Part shown: one piece after another, positions 1-10,323 of the stretch
Numbering within the stretch: position 1 is the first letter of the stretch
Layout: the number at the start of each line of letters is the position of its first letter
Assembly: GCA_041746575.1 (NCBI GenBank)
Contig: JBGTGT010000121.1
Coordinates: 50,277 to 114,276, forward strand
Source: Microcystaceae cyanobacterium
Lineage (GTDB): Bacteria; Cyanobacteriota; Cyanobacteriia; Cyanobacteriales; Microcystaceae
DNA: 64,000 nucleotides
Direction of reading: 5' to 3'
Position numbers and translations under genes: made by a program
The notes under the pieces: model-generated
Told to the model about the DNA's origin: nothing
Seen by the model: only the letters and a program-made list of their open reading frames with translations
Databases searched by the model: none

Positions 1-327
1 TTTTTGGATATTATCAAGATGGGATAAGGTAGAATCAAGGTTCTTCCGTTGTTCCATTTTACTGAGAAAATAACCTGTCATCATGGCAGATGCTAAAAGG
101 TTGGCAAAATTTTCTCGGTCCGTCGTAATCTGAACATTGAAGGCATCAACAGGTAGCATACCGACTAATCCTTGCACATTTTGTGTAATAATGTCTTTGA
201 TCTCTGGACTAGCGGACTGGGCAATCCGTGCCAAGGTTTCAGGATGCTGTTGTTGAAGATACTGAATCAGTGAGTTGATGTCTTGTTCTTCCGGTTCGGA
301 CGCAAAGAAATCTAAGTTAAATACCAT
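1..327 (-). CDS. DUF760 domain protein (3' end runs off window)
   Basis: Manual translation from ATG at 327: MVFNLDFFASEPEEQDINSLIQYLQQQHPETLARIAQSASPEIKDIITQNVQGLVGMLP...ITTDRENFANLLASAMMTGYFL. Typical cyanobacterial DUF760; not in the ORF track because it is truncated. Confidence 0.85.
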   Translation of the reverse strand, partial: MVFNLDFFASEPEEQDINSLIQYLQQQHPETLARIAQSASPEIKDIITQNVQGLVGMLPVDAFNVQITTDRENFANLLASAMMTGYFLSKMEQRKNLDSTLSHLDNIQK

Positions 328-520
328 TAGAACTCCGAGTTAGGAATCTGCTTGCCTTTTACTGTGACACACTTTACTGCCAAGCGACAAGAGTTTAATG
401 TTTCTATGATAGCTTGGTTCTCAAAATTTAGCTTCATTAAAGGAAATCAGAAACAGGTGTTCGGTTTTAAGGATTGAATTTAAGCCGCATCCCTCACACC
501 TTCTTATAACTGTTCGCTGT

Positions 521-1468
521 TCAGTAAAGCGATTTAATCCAATGCCATTCCGCTTCTAAACCTTCTCTTAAACTCACCTTCGGCTGATAACCTAAAATTT
601 CCCTTGCTTTTGTCACATCTGCCGCTGTATGTCGTGCATCTCCCATGGCTGTTTCTTGATAATTTCGTTGAATAGAAAATCCAACAATTTGGTCAATTTG
701 ATCAAGAATGTCCTGTAAAACGACCCTACTTCCCCCACCAATGTTGATAATTTCGCCAATTGCTTCAGGAACAGCGGCCGCCAGCAAATTTCCAGCAACT
801 ACATCCTCTACATAGGTAAAATCTCGTGTTTGCTGTCCATCTCCATAAATCGGAATCGCTTCCCCCACAATGGCCGCACGAAAAAACTTATGAAATCCCA
901 TATCTGGCCGTTGACGCGGCCCATAAACAGAGAAATAGCGCAAAATGGTGATAGGAACCTTAAAATTTTGACAATAAAGCTGACATAAGCGTTCTGCTGC
1001 CAGTTTAGTAATACCGTAGGGGGAAACGGGTTGAGGACAGAGGATTTCAGGGGTGGGAAAGGTTTCGGCGTTGCCATAGATCGAAGAGGTGGAAGCATGG
1101 ACAAAACGCTTTAAATTCGGCGAATTTTTGGCTGCTTCAAGGATAATCTGGGTCGCATTAATATTTCGTTCTGTATAATCTAAAAAACTTTTGCCCCAAC
1201 TCGCTCTGACGCCAGCTTGTGCGGCTTGGTGATAGATAACTTCTACTTGTTTGAGCAAACTTATCCAGTCTAAGTCTTGAATACTCGCTTCAATCAACTC
1301 AAACGATTTATATGACTGCAGGAAAGCCACATTTTTACGCTTTAATTGGGGGTCGTAATAGTCGTTAAAGTGATCAATGCCAATGACATGATTTCCTTGT
1401 TTTAATAAGGTTTCGGCTAAATTTGAGCCAATAAAGCCGGCAACACCGGTAACAATCGCAATAGTCAT
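521..1468 (-). CDS. NAD-dependent epimerase/dehydratase (extended SDR, UDP-glucuronate/glucose epimerase-like)
   Basis: TGVAGFIGS Rossmann motif, AAQAGVR, YGITK (YxxxK), YGPRQRPDM. Confidence 0.92.
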   Translation of the reverse strand: MTIAIVTGVAGFIGSNLAETLLKQGNHVIGIDHFNDYYDPQLKRKNVAFLQSYKSFELIEASIQDLDWISLLKQVEVIYHQAAQAGVRASWGKSFLDYTERNINATQIILEAAKNSPNLKRFVHASTSSIYGNAETFPTPEILCPQPVSPYGITKLAAERLCQLYCQNFKVPITILRYFSVYGPRQRPDMGFHKFFRAAIVGEAIPIYGDGQQTRDFTYVEDVVAGNLLAAAVPEAIGEIINIGGGSRVVLQDILDQIDQIVGFSIQRNYQETAMGDARHTAADVTKAREILGYQPKVSLREGLEAEWHWIKSLY

Positions 1469-1547
1469 AGAATTGAGTAGATAAACTGAATCATTTTTAG
1501 TTCCCCCTAAGATAACAGGTTTAAGGCTTAATTTCGCTTTTTCTCAG

Positions 1548-2396
1548 TTATGGATTAGAGACATCAAAAGTATTACAGGCATCGGGATTTCCGGTACTTA
1601 GCCCTTTTTGAAACCAGCGTACCCGTTGCGCCGAACTGCCGTGGGTAAAGGCATCCGGTCGAACATATCCTTTAGCTTGTCTTTGAAGTTGGTCATCTCC
1701 AATATTAGCGGCGGCGTTCATTGCTTCTTCAATATCGCCCGGTTCAAGGGTTTGACGACTGCGATCGGAATGATAAGCCCATACCCCAGCAAAACAATCT
1801 GCCTGTAATTCTAAGCGAACTGAAAGCTGATTGCCTTGTACTTTACCGGTGCGTTGCTGAGCAGAATGGACTTGTTGAGAAATGCCGAGAAGGGTTTGGA
1901 CGTGGTGGCCAATTTCATGGGCAATGACATACGCTTGGGCGAAATCTCCCGGCGAATTGTGACGGTTCTTTAATTGTTGGAAAAAGCTAGTATCTAGATA
2001 AACTTTGCGGTCATTGGGACAATAAAAAGGACCCATCGCCGCTTGGGCAAATCCACAAGCTGATTGAACTGCCCCTGAAAACAAAACTAATTTGGGTTCT
2101 TGGTATCTTAAACCCGATTGACGGAAGATCCCTTGCCAAGTGTCTTCCGTATCTGCTAAAACCACTTTAACGAAATCGGTAGTTTGGTCGGAAACGGGCG
2201 AATCTTGGGCTGAATTTGAAGTAGGTGCGTTTGTTACAGGGGCTTGCTGTAAAATAACACTGGGGTCAATCCCTAAAAATAAGGCCGCCAAAACCAAAAG
2301 AACAGTGCCAATTCCTCCACCAACAGCCACCGTTCCTGACCCCATGCCTCGTCTATCTTCAACGTTGTCGCTTTTGCGACCCATTTGCCAACGCAT
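1548..2396 (-). CDS. Neutral zinc metallopeptidase, YpfJ family
   Basis: N-terminal RKSDNVEDRR, GPFYCP, AHEIGHHVQ (HExxH), ELQADCFAG, THGSSAQR. Confidence 0.92.
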   Translation of the reverse strand: MRWQMGRKSDNVEDRRGMGSGTVAVGGGIGTVLLVLAALFLGIDPSVILQQAPVTNAPTSNSAQDSPVSDQTTDFVKVVLADTEDTWQGIFRQSGLRYQEPKLVLFSGAVQSACGFAQAAMGPFYCPNDRKVYLDTSFFQQLKNRHNSPGDFAQAYVIAHEIGHHVQTLLGISQQVHSAQQRTGKVQGNQLSVRLELQADCFAGVWAYHSDRSRQTLEPGDIEEAMNAAANIGDDQLQRQAKGYVRPDAFTHGSSAQRVRWFQKGLSTGNPDACNTFDVSNP

Positions 2397-2489
2397 AAGT
2401 TCCCACCCTTTACTGAAAAGTTTCCCTACATTATAAAAGTGATTTTTCGGAAATCTACGGCAAAATAAAAAAAGATTTACTCATTTAAA

Positions 2490-3068
2490 GTGATGGCTAA
2501 GGGGAAAAAACACGATCTACGCTGGATCAAAAAAACGGTTAAGCTAGAAGAGGGACACAATTGGCAGTCTCAACCAGATTCTCAGATTTTTGTGGCAGGA
2601 AGGGGCGCATTACGCTTTGATGTTCCGCAAAATTGGCACTTAGAACCCAAAGAAGATTCTTTTCGCTTTTCAGACAAAAAACCGCCCGATGATAATTGCT
2701 GTCTAGAAGCTTCTTTCAATTTATTGCCTCCCAATGACTGGTCAGATTTTCCCTTAATTCCACTTTTAAAAAAAATAGTCAAAGATGATTCTCGTCATCC
2801 GATTGAAACGGGAAAAGTCATTCACCTAAAACGACAAACAGCGCGAATTGTTTGGACAGAAATTAAGTTTATTGACCCTCACGAAAATCGTCCTGCTTAT
2901 TCTCGCATTGCCGTTGGTTTAGGGTCTGGCGTGCAATGTTTAATTACCTTTGACTATTGGGAAGATGAAGCCGAACCATTAACGCCTATTTGGGATAAAG
3001 TAATGAACTCTTTGGTGCTAGGTTTATTTATCCGTGACCCTAGAACGGGATTTGCTTATCCTGATTAA
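2490..3068 (+). CDS. Conserved hypothetical cyanobacterial protein
   Basis: 192-aa ORF filling the gap between neighbours, with protein-like composition. Confidence 0.7.
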   Translation: MMAKGKKHDLRWIKKTVKLEEGHNWQSQPDSQIFVAGRGALRFDVPQNWHLEPKEDSFRFSDKKPPDDNCCLEASFNLLPPNDWSDFPLIPLLKKIVKDDSRHPIETGKVIHLKRQTARIVWTEIKFIDPHENRPAYSRIAVGLGSGVQCLITFDYWEDEAEPLTPIWDKVMNSLVLGLFIRDPRTGFAYPD

Positions 3069-3141
3069 ATGTCGCAAAACGTTGTAAGGCAACACCTGAC
3101 ATGTCCAGACCTTTTTACCGACAAAACCTTAAATTAAACGG

Positions 3142-4083
3142 TTAAACAGTTGCTGTATCCTTATCTATATCCACTGCTGGTAAGGCATGAGGCATTTTAA
3201 GTTTAGGTAAAAATTGACGAATTAGACCAATGGTAACGGCAGGCAGTTCCAATTGAGGCGTAAAGCCCACATCGTCTAATTCGTATAGAATGCGAATGGC
3301 ATTGGGATTCATCTGCTGAAGACGACGACCGACTTCAGGCCCTGTATATTCAGATTTTCGACCCCATATTAAAGCCGTGGGAACCGATAACTGACAAATA
3401 GATTCGGTGAGATCAAAGCAAAGATCTCCTCGTACAAACGATAAGGCGGCATATTCAGCATTAGGTTGCTGCGCTGATTGTAAATAAGCTTCCACTATTT
3501 CAGGGTACACTCTTTCTTTACGAGCAAATTGACGCTCTTCTAAAAAGCGACTAATGCCGAAAGCGGTCGCAATACCTGTACTGTAAAGTAAACGGTCAAT
3601 AATTGGGGTTCCTGCTAGCTGGGTAAAGAAATTGTCTTGATAATCCTTACTCAATTCATTTAATCCAGCCGCCGTGACTAAAATCAAGGATTTGAATCTT
3701 TCTGGATTAGCGATCGCCACTCGAAGGGTAAAAGCAGCTGTTAATCCAGACGCAATAACGGTCATCGGAGTTTGGCAGGTTTGAGCTAAAAATTCGGCAA
3801 TCGTTGTCGTATAGTCTTGAATTTGATAGTTGCGTTCTGGATGTTCTGAACGACCCCAACCTAGCATATCAGGGGCAAGGATGCGGTATTCTGAGGCAAA
3901 TGCAGGATAAACTTTTGACCATTCATAAGCGGAAGAACCACCTCCCAAACCATGTAAAAAAACGAATGTTTCTTGAGAATTGGCTTGATTATTCTGCCAA
4001 GGTGCTTGATCATTGGTATAGTAAGTCAGTCTGCCTAAACGGGTTTGAATATTATTTTGACTAAAACCAAGGGGGATAAACAT
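3142..4083 (-). CDS. Alpha/beta fold hydrolase
   Basis: FLHGLGGGSS, APDMLGWGRS. Likely start is MFIPLGF at 4083; the ORF track extends to 4131. Confidence 0.88.
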   Translation of the reverse strand: MFIPLGFSQNNIQTRLGRLTYYTNDQAPWQNNQANSQETFVFLHGLGGGSSAYEWSKVYPAFASEYRILAPDMLGWGRSEHPERNYQIQDYTTTIAEFLAQTCQTPMTVIASGLTAAFTLRVAIANPERFKSLILVTAAGLNELSKDYQDNFFTQLAGTPIIDRLLYSTGIATAFGISRFLEERQFARKERVYPEIVEAYLQSAQQPNAEYAALSFVRGDLCFDLTESICQLSVPTALIWGRKSEYTGPEVGRRLQQMNPNAIRILYELDDVGFTPQLELPAVTIGLIRQFLPKLKMPHALPAVDIDKDTATV

Positions 4084-4264
4084 AGCGCACTCTCTGGTTA
4101 ATTTTGCAATGAAAATTTTGGTTATTTTCATGTACTTTAAAGATGAAGTAATTGATCATTATTTCCATCTCTCTGTAGAAAGAAATGATCAATTTTTGCA
4201 GAAGTTGAAAAGTCAATAGTCCCAATAATAGTCATTGCAATCGTTTAAAATTGCTCATGGATAT

Positions 4265-5491
4265 TTATTGAGGATGACCGCATTTTTTACAATAACCTAA
4301 CTCTTTATAGGTTAATCTATGACAGTGAGAACATTCTGTATATTGATGATAACCACAATGAGGACAATAAACATCTTGGGAACGAATTTTCTTTGCGCAG
4401 TGGAGACAACGCATTTTTTGAAAGCGATTGGTGATTTGATTTTTACGGTTGAAAATAAAAATTTGTGACAGTTTGATAATACCAAAACCGAGAAGTGGAA
4501 CCAAGAGAATATATATGTATCTAACTAAAAAGGAAAGTCGTCCTAAGATTTTGCGAATAGTATTCAGTAGAAAATTTAAAATGACATCCAATTGAATAAA
4601 TTCAAAAATCTTAAAAATTAGAGGAATAAAAAAGATAATAAGTAAGTGCCAAGTGATTAATTCAATTAGCCCATATCCTTTACTTTGAGCAAAAAGATAA
4701 ATTCCTAGAGCAAATAATATTAAAGGAATCAAAAAGAGAAGTTGAAAAAGAAGTTGAATCATTGGATGCCAAAAAGAAGCTTTCTGATAGCCATTTTCAA
4801 CAAGATTAAATTGAGTTTTATTATTGAGGAAGTTGAGAAATGAGATATTTGTATTGATATTTAGAAGTTGTTTTTTCTGCGCTTCAGTTTCCTGTTGAAG
4901 GTTGGTTATTTTGCGTTGATTGCTTTCGATTTGTGCTTGTGCTTTTTCGGCACTGACGTTATTGATAGATTGCGCTCTTTTTTGACCTGCAATTTTTTCT
5001 AAAAGGGTTGAATCATACTGGGAGCGAATCGTACGATTTTCTTTTTCTAATTGACTTATCTGTTCTTGTTTTTGTTGAATGAGTTCGAGTTTTTTTTGAT
5101 TGTTTTGATGATTGATTTGATCTTGATATCTGGCGTATTTTAAACAAATTTCGCTTACTTCGCCTAATTGATTGGTAGCCGCTTGTCGGTAAGTATCTTC
5201 AAGGTTAAATGATTTTCTGCTTGAATTCATCAAGCTCCTTTTGATTTTATCAAACGCTCTATTAGGCTCTGTTGATTGACGGTAATCTTTCCATTCGCGA
5301 TAACAAGGGTAAGCTTGAGAAGGACTTAAATGCCACGTACTGATTTCCTGTAGTCCTGCAAAAACATGGGTTAAAATAAAGATATCAATGAGAACAATGA
5401 CAACAATACTGACTTTATTGAGAGGTTCATTGTTGATCGTGCGAGAACGATTAAAAAATTGTTGAAACCAACGACGAATCGATGTAAACAT
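4265..5491 (-). CDS. Membrane protein with coiled-coil periplasmic region and C-terminal double zinc ribbon
   Basis: N-terminal TM, Q/K/E-rich coiled coil, several TMs, four CxxC pairs at the C-terminus (CLHC, CPHC, CSHC, CKKC). Confidence 0.8.
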   Translation of the reverse strand: MFTSIRRWFQQFFNRSRTINNEPLNKVSIVVIVLIDIFILTHVFAGLQEISTWHLSPSQAYPCYREWKDYRQSTEPNRAFDKIKRSLMNSSRKSFNLEDTYRQAATNQLGEVSEICLKYARYQDQINHQNNQKKLELIQQKQEQISQLEKENRTIRSQYDSTLLEKIAGQKRAQSINNVSAEKAQAQIESNQRKITNLQQETEAQKKQLLNINTNISFLNFLNNKTQFNLVENGYQKASFWHPMIQLLFQLLFLIPLILFALGIYLFAQSKGYGLIELITWHLLIIFFIPLIFKIFEFIQLDVILNFLLNTIRKILGRLSFLVRYIYILLVPLLGFGIIKLSQIFIFNRKNQITNRFQKMRCLHCAKKIRSQDVYCPHCGYHQYTECSHCHRLTYKELGYCKKCGHPQ

Positions 5492-5617
5492 TAAAGCTTA
5501 ACCCCCAGACTCTATTCCATAAGATGGACAAAATTAAAAGACAAAAAATCTATCATGGTGCGTTGAAAATCATTTATAATTTATAAATCCCTCTTCATCA
5601 TTTTAAAGGAGTAAGTT

Positions 5618-7306
5618 ATCGAAACGATCTATGGAAATTTACAAGGACTAAAACCCAGTCAACTTAAACAACTTCAACGACTTTATCATCAAAAACAAAT
5701 AGGCGATCGCTTAACTTCCGCAGACTTTGCTGAACGTTTAGCCGCTATCAGTACAGATATTAAACAACCGATCTGTGTCTATATTAACCGCCGAGGTCAA
5801 GTGATTCGGGTTGGTATCGGTACTCCTCGTCAAACCCAAATTCCTCCCTTAGAATTGCCGCGATACGGTGCAGAACGTCTCTGTGGAATTCGTTGTATCG
5901 CCACCCAATTAAAACCTGACCCCCCTACTGTATCAAGTTTAACCGCTATGGTATTACAGCGTCTAGATGGGCTGGTAACTCTCACCTTAACGGGGAGTGG
6001 TAAAGAACGACGAGGCGGTGGCAGGACAGGTTATGTCGAAAATGCTTATTTCGCTCATTTGTTGCCGCACAAAGACGGAAATAACGAAGATATTCATGAA
6101 TACTGCACGGTTTCGGAGGCATTAACCCTTGAGTCCTTAAATGAACAGGATTTTTTGGCGTTCGTCGAAGGATTAGAAGCGGAATTCCAACGAGAATTTC
6201 TAGGGCAAAAAGTCGATATTGAGCAAGATAGAGTCATTATCGTCGGTCTTCAGAGACAATCTACCCCAGAAGACCAATTTCAGACGCAGATGCAAGAATT
6301 ATCTCGCCTAGTTGACACGGCAGGGGGAGAAGTCCTGACCACCCTCACCCAAAAGCGTTCTGCTTCCCACCCACAAACAGTGGTAGGAAAGGGTAAAATT
6401 CAGGAAATTGCCTTACAAGTTCAGACATTAGGCGCAAATTTGGTCGTATTTGACCATGATCTTTCCCCGACTCAAGCCCGAAATCTGGAAAATCAGCTGG
6501 GTGTTAGTGTCGTTGACCGTACTGAAGTGATTTTAGATATTTTTGCTCAGCGCGCTCAATCTAGAGCAGGTAAGCTTCAAGTTGAATTGGCACAACTAGA
6601 ATATAAACTTCCTCGCTTAACCGGAAGAGGCCGAGCCATGTCCCGTCTAGGGGGAGGCATCGGCACGAGAGGTCCAGGAGAAACCAAGCTAGAAACAGAA
6701 AAAAGGACAATTAGTCGTCGAATTAGCCGCTTACAACAAGAAGTCAACCAACTACAAGCTCATCGCTCTCGTTTACGGCAACAAAGGCAAGATAACGATA
6801 TTCCTACCATTGCCATCGTCGGCTATACTAATGCGGGTAAATCGACTCTAATCAATGCCTTGACAAATTCGTCGGTTTATACAGCTGATCAATTATTCGC
6901 CACCTTAGATCCCACCACGCGCCGTCTCTCGATTCCTATCCCTTCGACGGGAGAGCCAAAAACAGTATTATTGACCGATACGGTGGGTTTTATTCATGAA
7001 TTGCCCCCCTCCCTCGTAGATGCCTTCCGTGCAACCTTAGAAGAAGTCACAGAAGCAGATGCGTTGCTTCACGTTGTAGATCTTTCTCATCCGGCTTGGC
7101 AACAACAAATTACAGATGTGACAGAGATTTTGGACGATATCTTATTATTTAATGAGGATATTCTCCTAGCTTTTAATAAAATTGATCGAGTCGAGGGAGA
7201 GACCTTAGATAGAGCAAAAATGCTCTTTCCAAAAGCGGTTTTTATGTCCGCTAGTTGTCGCTATGGATTAGAAACCTTAAGACAAAGATTAGGAGAAATA
7301 GAGTAA
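5618..7306 (+). CDS. hflX: GTPase HflX (long cyanobacterial form; probable ATC start)
   Basis: GYTNAGKST, DQLFATLDPT, DTVGF, NKID, GTRGPGETKLE. The frame is open 61 codons upstream of the tracked GTG (5801), reading IETIYGNLQGLKPSQLKQLQRLY, with SD AAGGAG at 5606-5611. Confidence 0.93.
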   Translation: METIYGNLQGLKPSQLKQLQRLYHQKQIGDRLTSADFAERLAAISTDIKQPICVYINRRGQVIRVGIGTPRQTQIPPLELPRYGAERLCGIRCIATQLKPDPPTVSSLTAMVLQRLDGLVTLTLTGSGKERRGGGRTGYVENAYFAHLLPHKDGNNEDIHEYCTVSEALTLESLNEQDFLAFVEGLEAEFQREFLGQKVDIEQDRVIIVGLQRQSTPEDQFQTQMQELSRLVDTAGGEVLTTLTQKRSASHPQTVVGKGKIQEIALQVQTLGANLVVFDHDLSPTQARNLENQLGVSVVDRTEVILDIFAQRAQSRAGKLQVELAQLEYKLPRLTGRGRAMSRLGGGIGTRGPGETKLETEKRTISRRISRLQQEVNQLQAHRSRLRQQRQDNDIPTIAIVGYTNAGKSTLINALTNSSVYTADQLFATLDPTTRRLSIPIPSTGEPKTVLLTDTVGFIHELPPSLVDAFRATLEEVTEADALLHVVDLSHPAWQQQITDVTEILDDILLFNEDILLAFNKIDRVEGETLDRAKMLFPKAVFMSASCRYGLETLRQRLGEIE

Positions 7307-7427
7307 AATTCAGGACAAAGGAAGCAGAATAGAAAAATTTCAAATGAGCGGTTGTCCGTTTCAATAATCTATGCTACCGTTCTCTTCTTTTTAACACCTA
7401 TTTAAAGGCGTGTCAATTTATAGATCA

Positions 7428-8747
7428 ATGTACCCTAAAATTGTGGCTTATTCTTATACCAATCCTTTACTCGCGTCTCCTCCTAATTCAGCAATATGGG
7501 GATGGGAAATTGAGCAAATTTATCAAGACGTTGGACAGCGACAGCAATACTATCAACTCTTACAAGATTGTCAAATTGATCCTCCTCAGTATTTATTAAT
7601 TCGTCGCTTAGATGAATTGGGTAACACCTTAGTAGAAATCCAAAAAAACGTGTCTTTATTGGAATCTTTTAATATCGAAATTATTGCAATTGAGCAAGAT
7701 TATTATTCATCTCAGTTTAAAGAGCAGGATTCTGTAAAGATAAGAGAAAAGTTAAGTCAGCTTTCGCAAGAAATTACGGATAACCAGTATAAAAACCGCT
7801 TAAAAGAAGGTCATGCCAAAAATCGAATTCAATTCTTACCTCCCCCCGGAAAAGCACCCTATGGGTATCGTAGAGGTCAAGATCGTTATATTATTGACCG
7901 AAGCACTTCACCTATTGTTAAAGCCTTTTTTGACCACTTTCTTCTCTTTGGCAATTTAAGAGATGCTGTTCGATTTATTGAAAAAAAATACAATAAAAAA
8001 GTTTCCGTTTCAACCGCAAAAAAATGGTTAACGCATCCTGTTTATCGGGGAAATATAGGATATAAAAACAAGGAAATTATTCCTGACACTCATCTTTCTA
8101 TTTTATCGAGAGAAGAAGCGGCACAAATTGATCGATTATTACGACGAAATTGTCAATTTTCGCCTCGAAATGCCAGCGCGCCTCGTTCTTTGGCTGGATT
8201 AGTGACTTGTCAAAACTGTCAAGCTAAAATGAATATTATTCGAGTCCGTCCTTCCTCCCAATCAACCGAATATCTTTATCTACGCTCAACTGATTGTCCG
8301 TTGAAACCGAAATGTAAAGCAATTACTTATCAAACCTTTTTAGAGAAAACAATTCAAAAAATCTGTTGTGAATTACCCCAAGAAGTGGCAAAATTACAAT
8401 TACCCAATATTACCTTAATTAAAACTCACTTAGAAACGGCGATCGCTCAAAAACAAGAAATGATTCAAACCGTTCAATCGCTTCAAGAACAAGGTATCTT
8501 AGATCCAGAAACGACGCAATTAAGAATTTATAAAATCAAGACTGAAATTGCTCAATTAAAATTCCAAGTTGACCAATTACCCCCTGAAAATTTGATCCGC
8601 CTTACGCAAGATGTTGCCTTAGAAGAATTTTGGCTTGACTTATCTGAATCCGAAAGACGGTTTTATTTCCGAGAGTTCATTAAATCTATTGAAATTATCC
8701 GAGAAAATCAGCAAACTTTTGAGTTAAGATTGCAATTTGTTTTCTAA
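7428..8747 (+). CDS. Large serine recombinase-family protein (resolvase-like N-terminus, recombinase domain, Zn ribbon, coiled coil)
   Basis: GKAPYGY, WLTHPVYRG, LAGLVTCQNCQAKM...C..C, and C-terminal ERRFYFREFIKSIEI typical of LSR C-terminal regions. Confidence 0.82.
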   Translation: MYPKIVAYSYTNPLLASPPNSAIWGWEIEQIYQDVGQRQQYYQLLQDCQIDPPQYLLIRRLDELGNTLVEIQKNVSLLESFNIEIIAIEQDYYSSQFKEQDSVKIREKLSQLSQEITDNQYKNRLKEGHAKNRIQFLPPPGKAPYGYRRGQDRYIIDRSTSPIVKAFFDHFLLFGNLRDAVRFIEKKYNKKVSVSTAKKWLTHPVYRGNIGYKNKEIIPDTHLSILSREEAAQIDRLLRRNCQFSPRNASAPRSLAGLVTCQNCQAKMNIIRVRPSSQSTEYLYLRSTDCPLKPKCKAITYQTFLEKTIQKICCELPQEVAKLQLPNITLIKTHLETAIAQKQEMIQTVQSLQEQGILDPETTQLRIYKIKTEIAQLKFQVDQLPPENLIRLTQDVALEEFWLDLSESERRFYFREFIKSIEIIRENQQTFELRLQFVF

Positions 8748-9101
8748 TTGATTGACTCTGATTTCTAAATCTCTAACTTTTTCCTTTAATTCGATTAATA
8801 AAGTAGCAAATCGTTCCATCAAGGGGTCACTTCGCCCAATTAATTCACCGTCGATTACTTGGGGAAAAACGTTAGTATTGGGATTGACAGAAGGCGCAGA
8901 TGAACCCGATGAAGATTGCTGTAAACGCCGGACATTAGCTTCAAGAGAACGGATTCTCACCTCCAAACTTCTTAGATCTGATCTTAAAATACTTTGAGGA
9001 TCTAAAGCCATACTTGGCGTTAAATTGCTTAATACCCATAAGACCAAAAGAAGCAGAATAATACTCACAATCGATCTAACTTTTTTAAAAAAAGGACTCA
9101 T
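8724..9101 (-). CDS. Hypothetical exported coiled-coil protein
   Basis: Signal/TM segment followed by coiled coils (LEVRIRSLEANVRRL; FATLLIELKEKVRDLE). Confidence 0.7.
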   Translation of the reverse strand: MSPFFKKVRSIVSIILLLLVLWVLSNLTPSMALDPQSILRSDLRSLEVRIRSLEANVRRLQQSSSGSSAPSVNPNTNVFPQVIDGELIGRSDPLMERFATLLIELKEKVRDLEIRVNQLENKLQS

Positions 9102-9212
9102 CTTAGTGCTATCAGTTCAACTATTAATCATTATATCAAGGGTCTTAATTCTTAAAAGAATCAGCACAAAAAATGTTACCCTGTAAAAAGCATTAAACCT
9201 ATCAAAATTTTT

Positions 9213-10229
9213 ATGAATCGTGCAATTGCGAGAATTTTGGATGCAAATTTAGATAGAGCCAGAGAAGGTGTAAGAATTATCGAAGAATGGTGTCGTTTTG
9301 CTTTAAATAATCCAGAACTAGCTGATAAGTGTAAACAGATGCGCCAAGCGATCGCACAATGGCATACGCTTGATCTCAAAATGGCCAGAGATACCCCCAA
9401 CGATGCGGGAACGCAACTATCTCATCCCCAAGAAGAAACGCGCCAGAGTATTGAGCATTTATTACAAGTTAACTGCGGACGATTACAAGAAGCCTTACGG
9501 GTGCTAGAAGAATATGGTAAACTTTATAAAATAGAAATGGGACAAGCCTTTAAAACCCTTCGTTATCAAGCTTATACTCTCGAAAGTGAACTTTTTATGG
9601 CAAATAATCTGCAAAATTTACCACACATTCCCCTTTATTTGGTTACTTCTCCCTCGGAAAATCTTTTGACGGTGGTTGAATCAGCCTTAAAAGGGGGACT
9701 GAAATTAGTGCAATATCGTGACAAAAATAGCGATGACGCCCTATGCTATCAAAATGCGCTCAAATTAAAAGAATTATGTTACAACTACAATGCGATATTC
9801 TTAGTTAATGATCGAGTCGATTTAGCCCTTGCCGTCAACGCAGATGGTGTCCATTTAGGACAGCGAGATCTCCCCATTGACGTTACCCGAAACTTATTAG
9901 GAAAAAACGCAATTATTGGACGTTCTACCACTAATCCAACTGAAATGACTAAAGCAGTGCAGGAAGGCGCAGACTATATCGGTGTTGGACCTGTTTACGC
10001 CACACCAACCAAAGCCGAAAAAAAACCTGCCGGATTAGAATATGTACAGTATGCCGTCAAAAACTGCCCTATTCCTTGGTTTTGTGTAGGAGGAATTAAT
10101 TTAGATAACCTCAGCATCGTCAAACAGGCAGGAGGAAAACAATTCGCTGTTGTCCGAGCAATCATGGAAGCAGATAATCCCCAAAAGGTGACGGAGACAT
10201 TTTTACAAGAATTAAGCACTATCTATTAG
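9213..10229 (+). CDS. thiE: Thiamine phosphate synthase (cyanobacterial form with N-terminal ThiD2-like domain)
   Basis: RILDANLDRAREG N-domain, VQYRDK, NDRVDLA, GVHLGQ, GPVYATPTK. Confidence 0.95.
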   Translation: MNRAIARILDANLDRAREGVRIIEEWCRFALNNPELADKCKQMRQAIAQWHTLDLKMARDTPNDAGTQLSHPQEETRQSIEHLLQVNCGRLQEALRVLEEYGKLYKIEMGQAFKTLRYQAYTLESELFMANNLQNLPHIPLYLVTSPSENLLTVVESALKGGLKLVQYRDKNSDDALCYQNALKLKELCYNYNAIFLVNDRVDLALAVNADGVHLGQRDLPIDVTRNLLGKNAIIGRSTTNPTEMTKAVQEGADYIGVGPVYATPTKAEKKPAGLEYVQYAVKNCPIPWFCVGGINLDNLSIVKQAGGKQFAVVRAIMEADNPQKVTETFLQELSTIY

Positions 10230-10323
10230 TCTGCTCAACCCTTAATTTTGGGTTATTTAATAATTAAAATTATCCCTAATATTTCCTGCTATACTAACGC
10301 TTAATTGAATCAAATTCAAGTTA

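Noticed and set aside
7428..8747. Active prophage or excision-element integrase
   Set aside because: The catalytic motif is absent, there are no phage genes or interrupted host gene, and I found no att-like repeats.
9102..9212. TPP riboswitch upstream of thiE
   Set aside because: The gap is short and AT-rich, with no CTGAGA core or recognisable aptamer.
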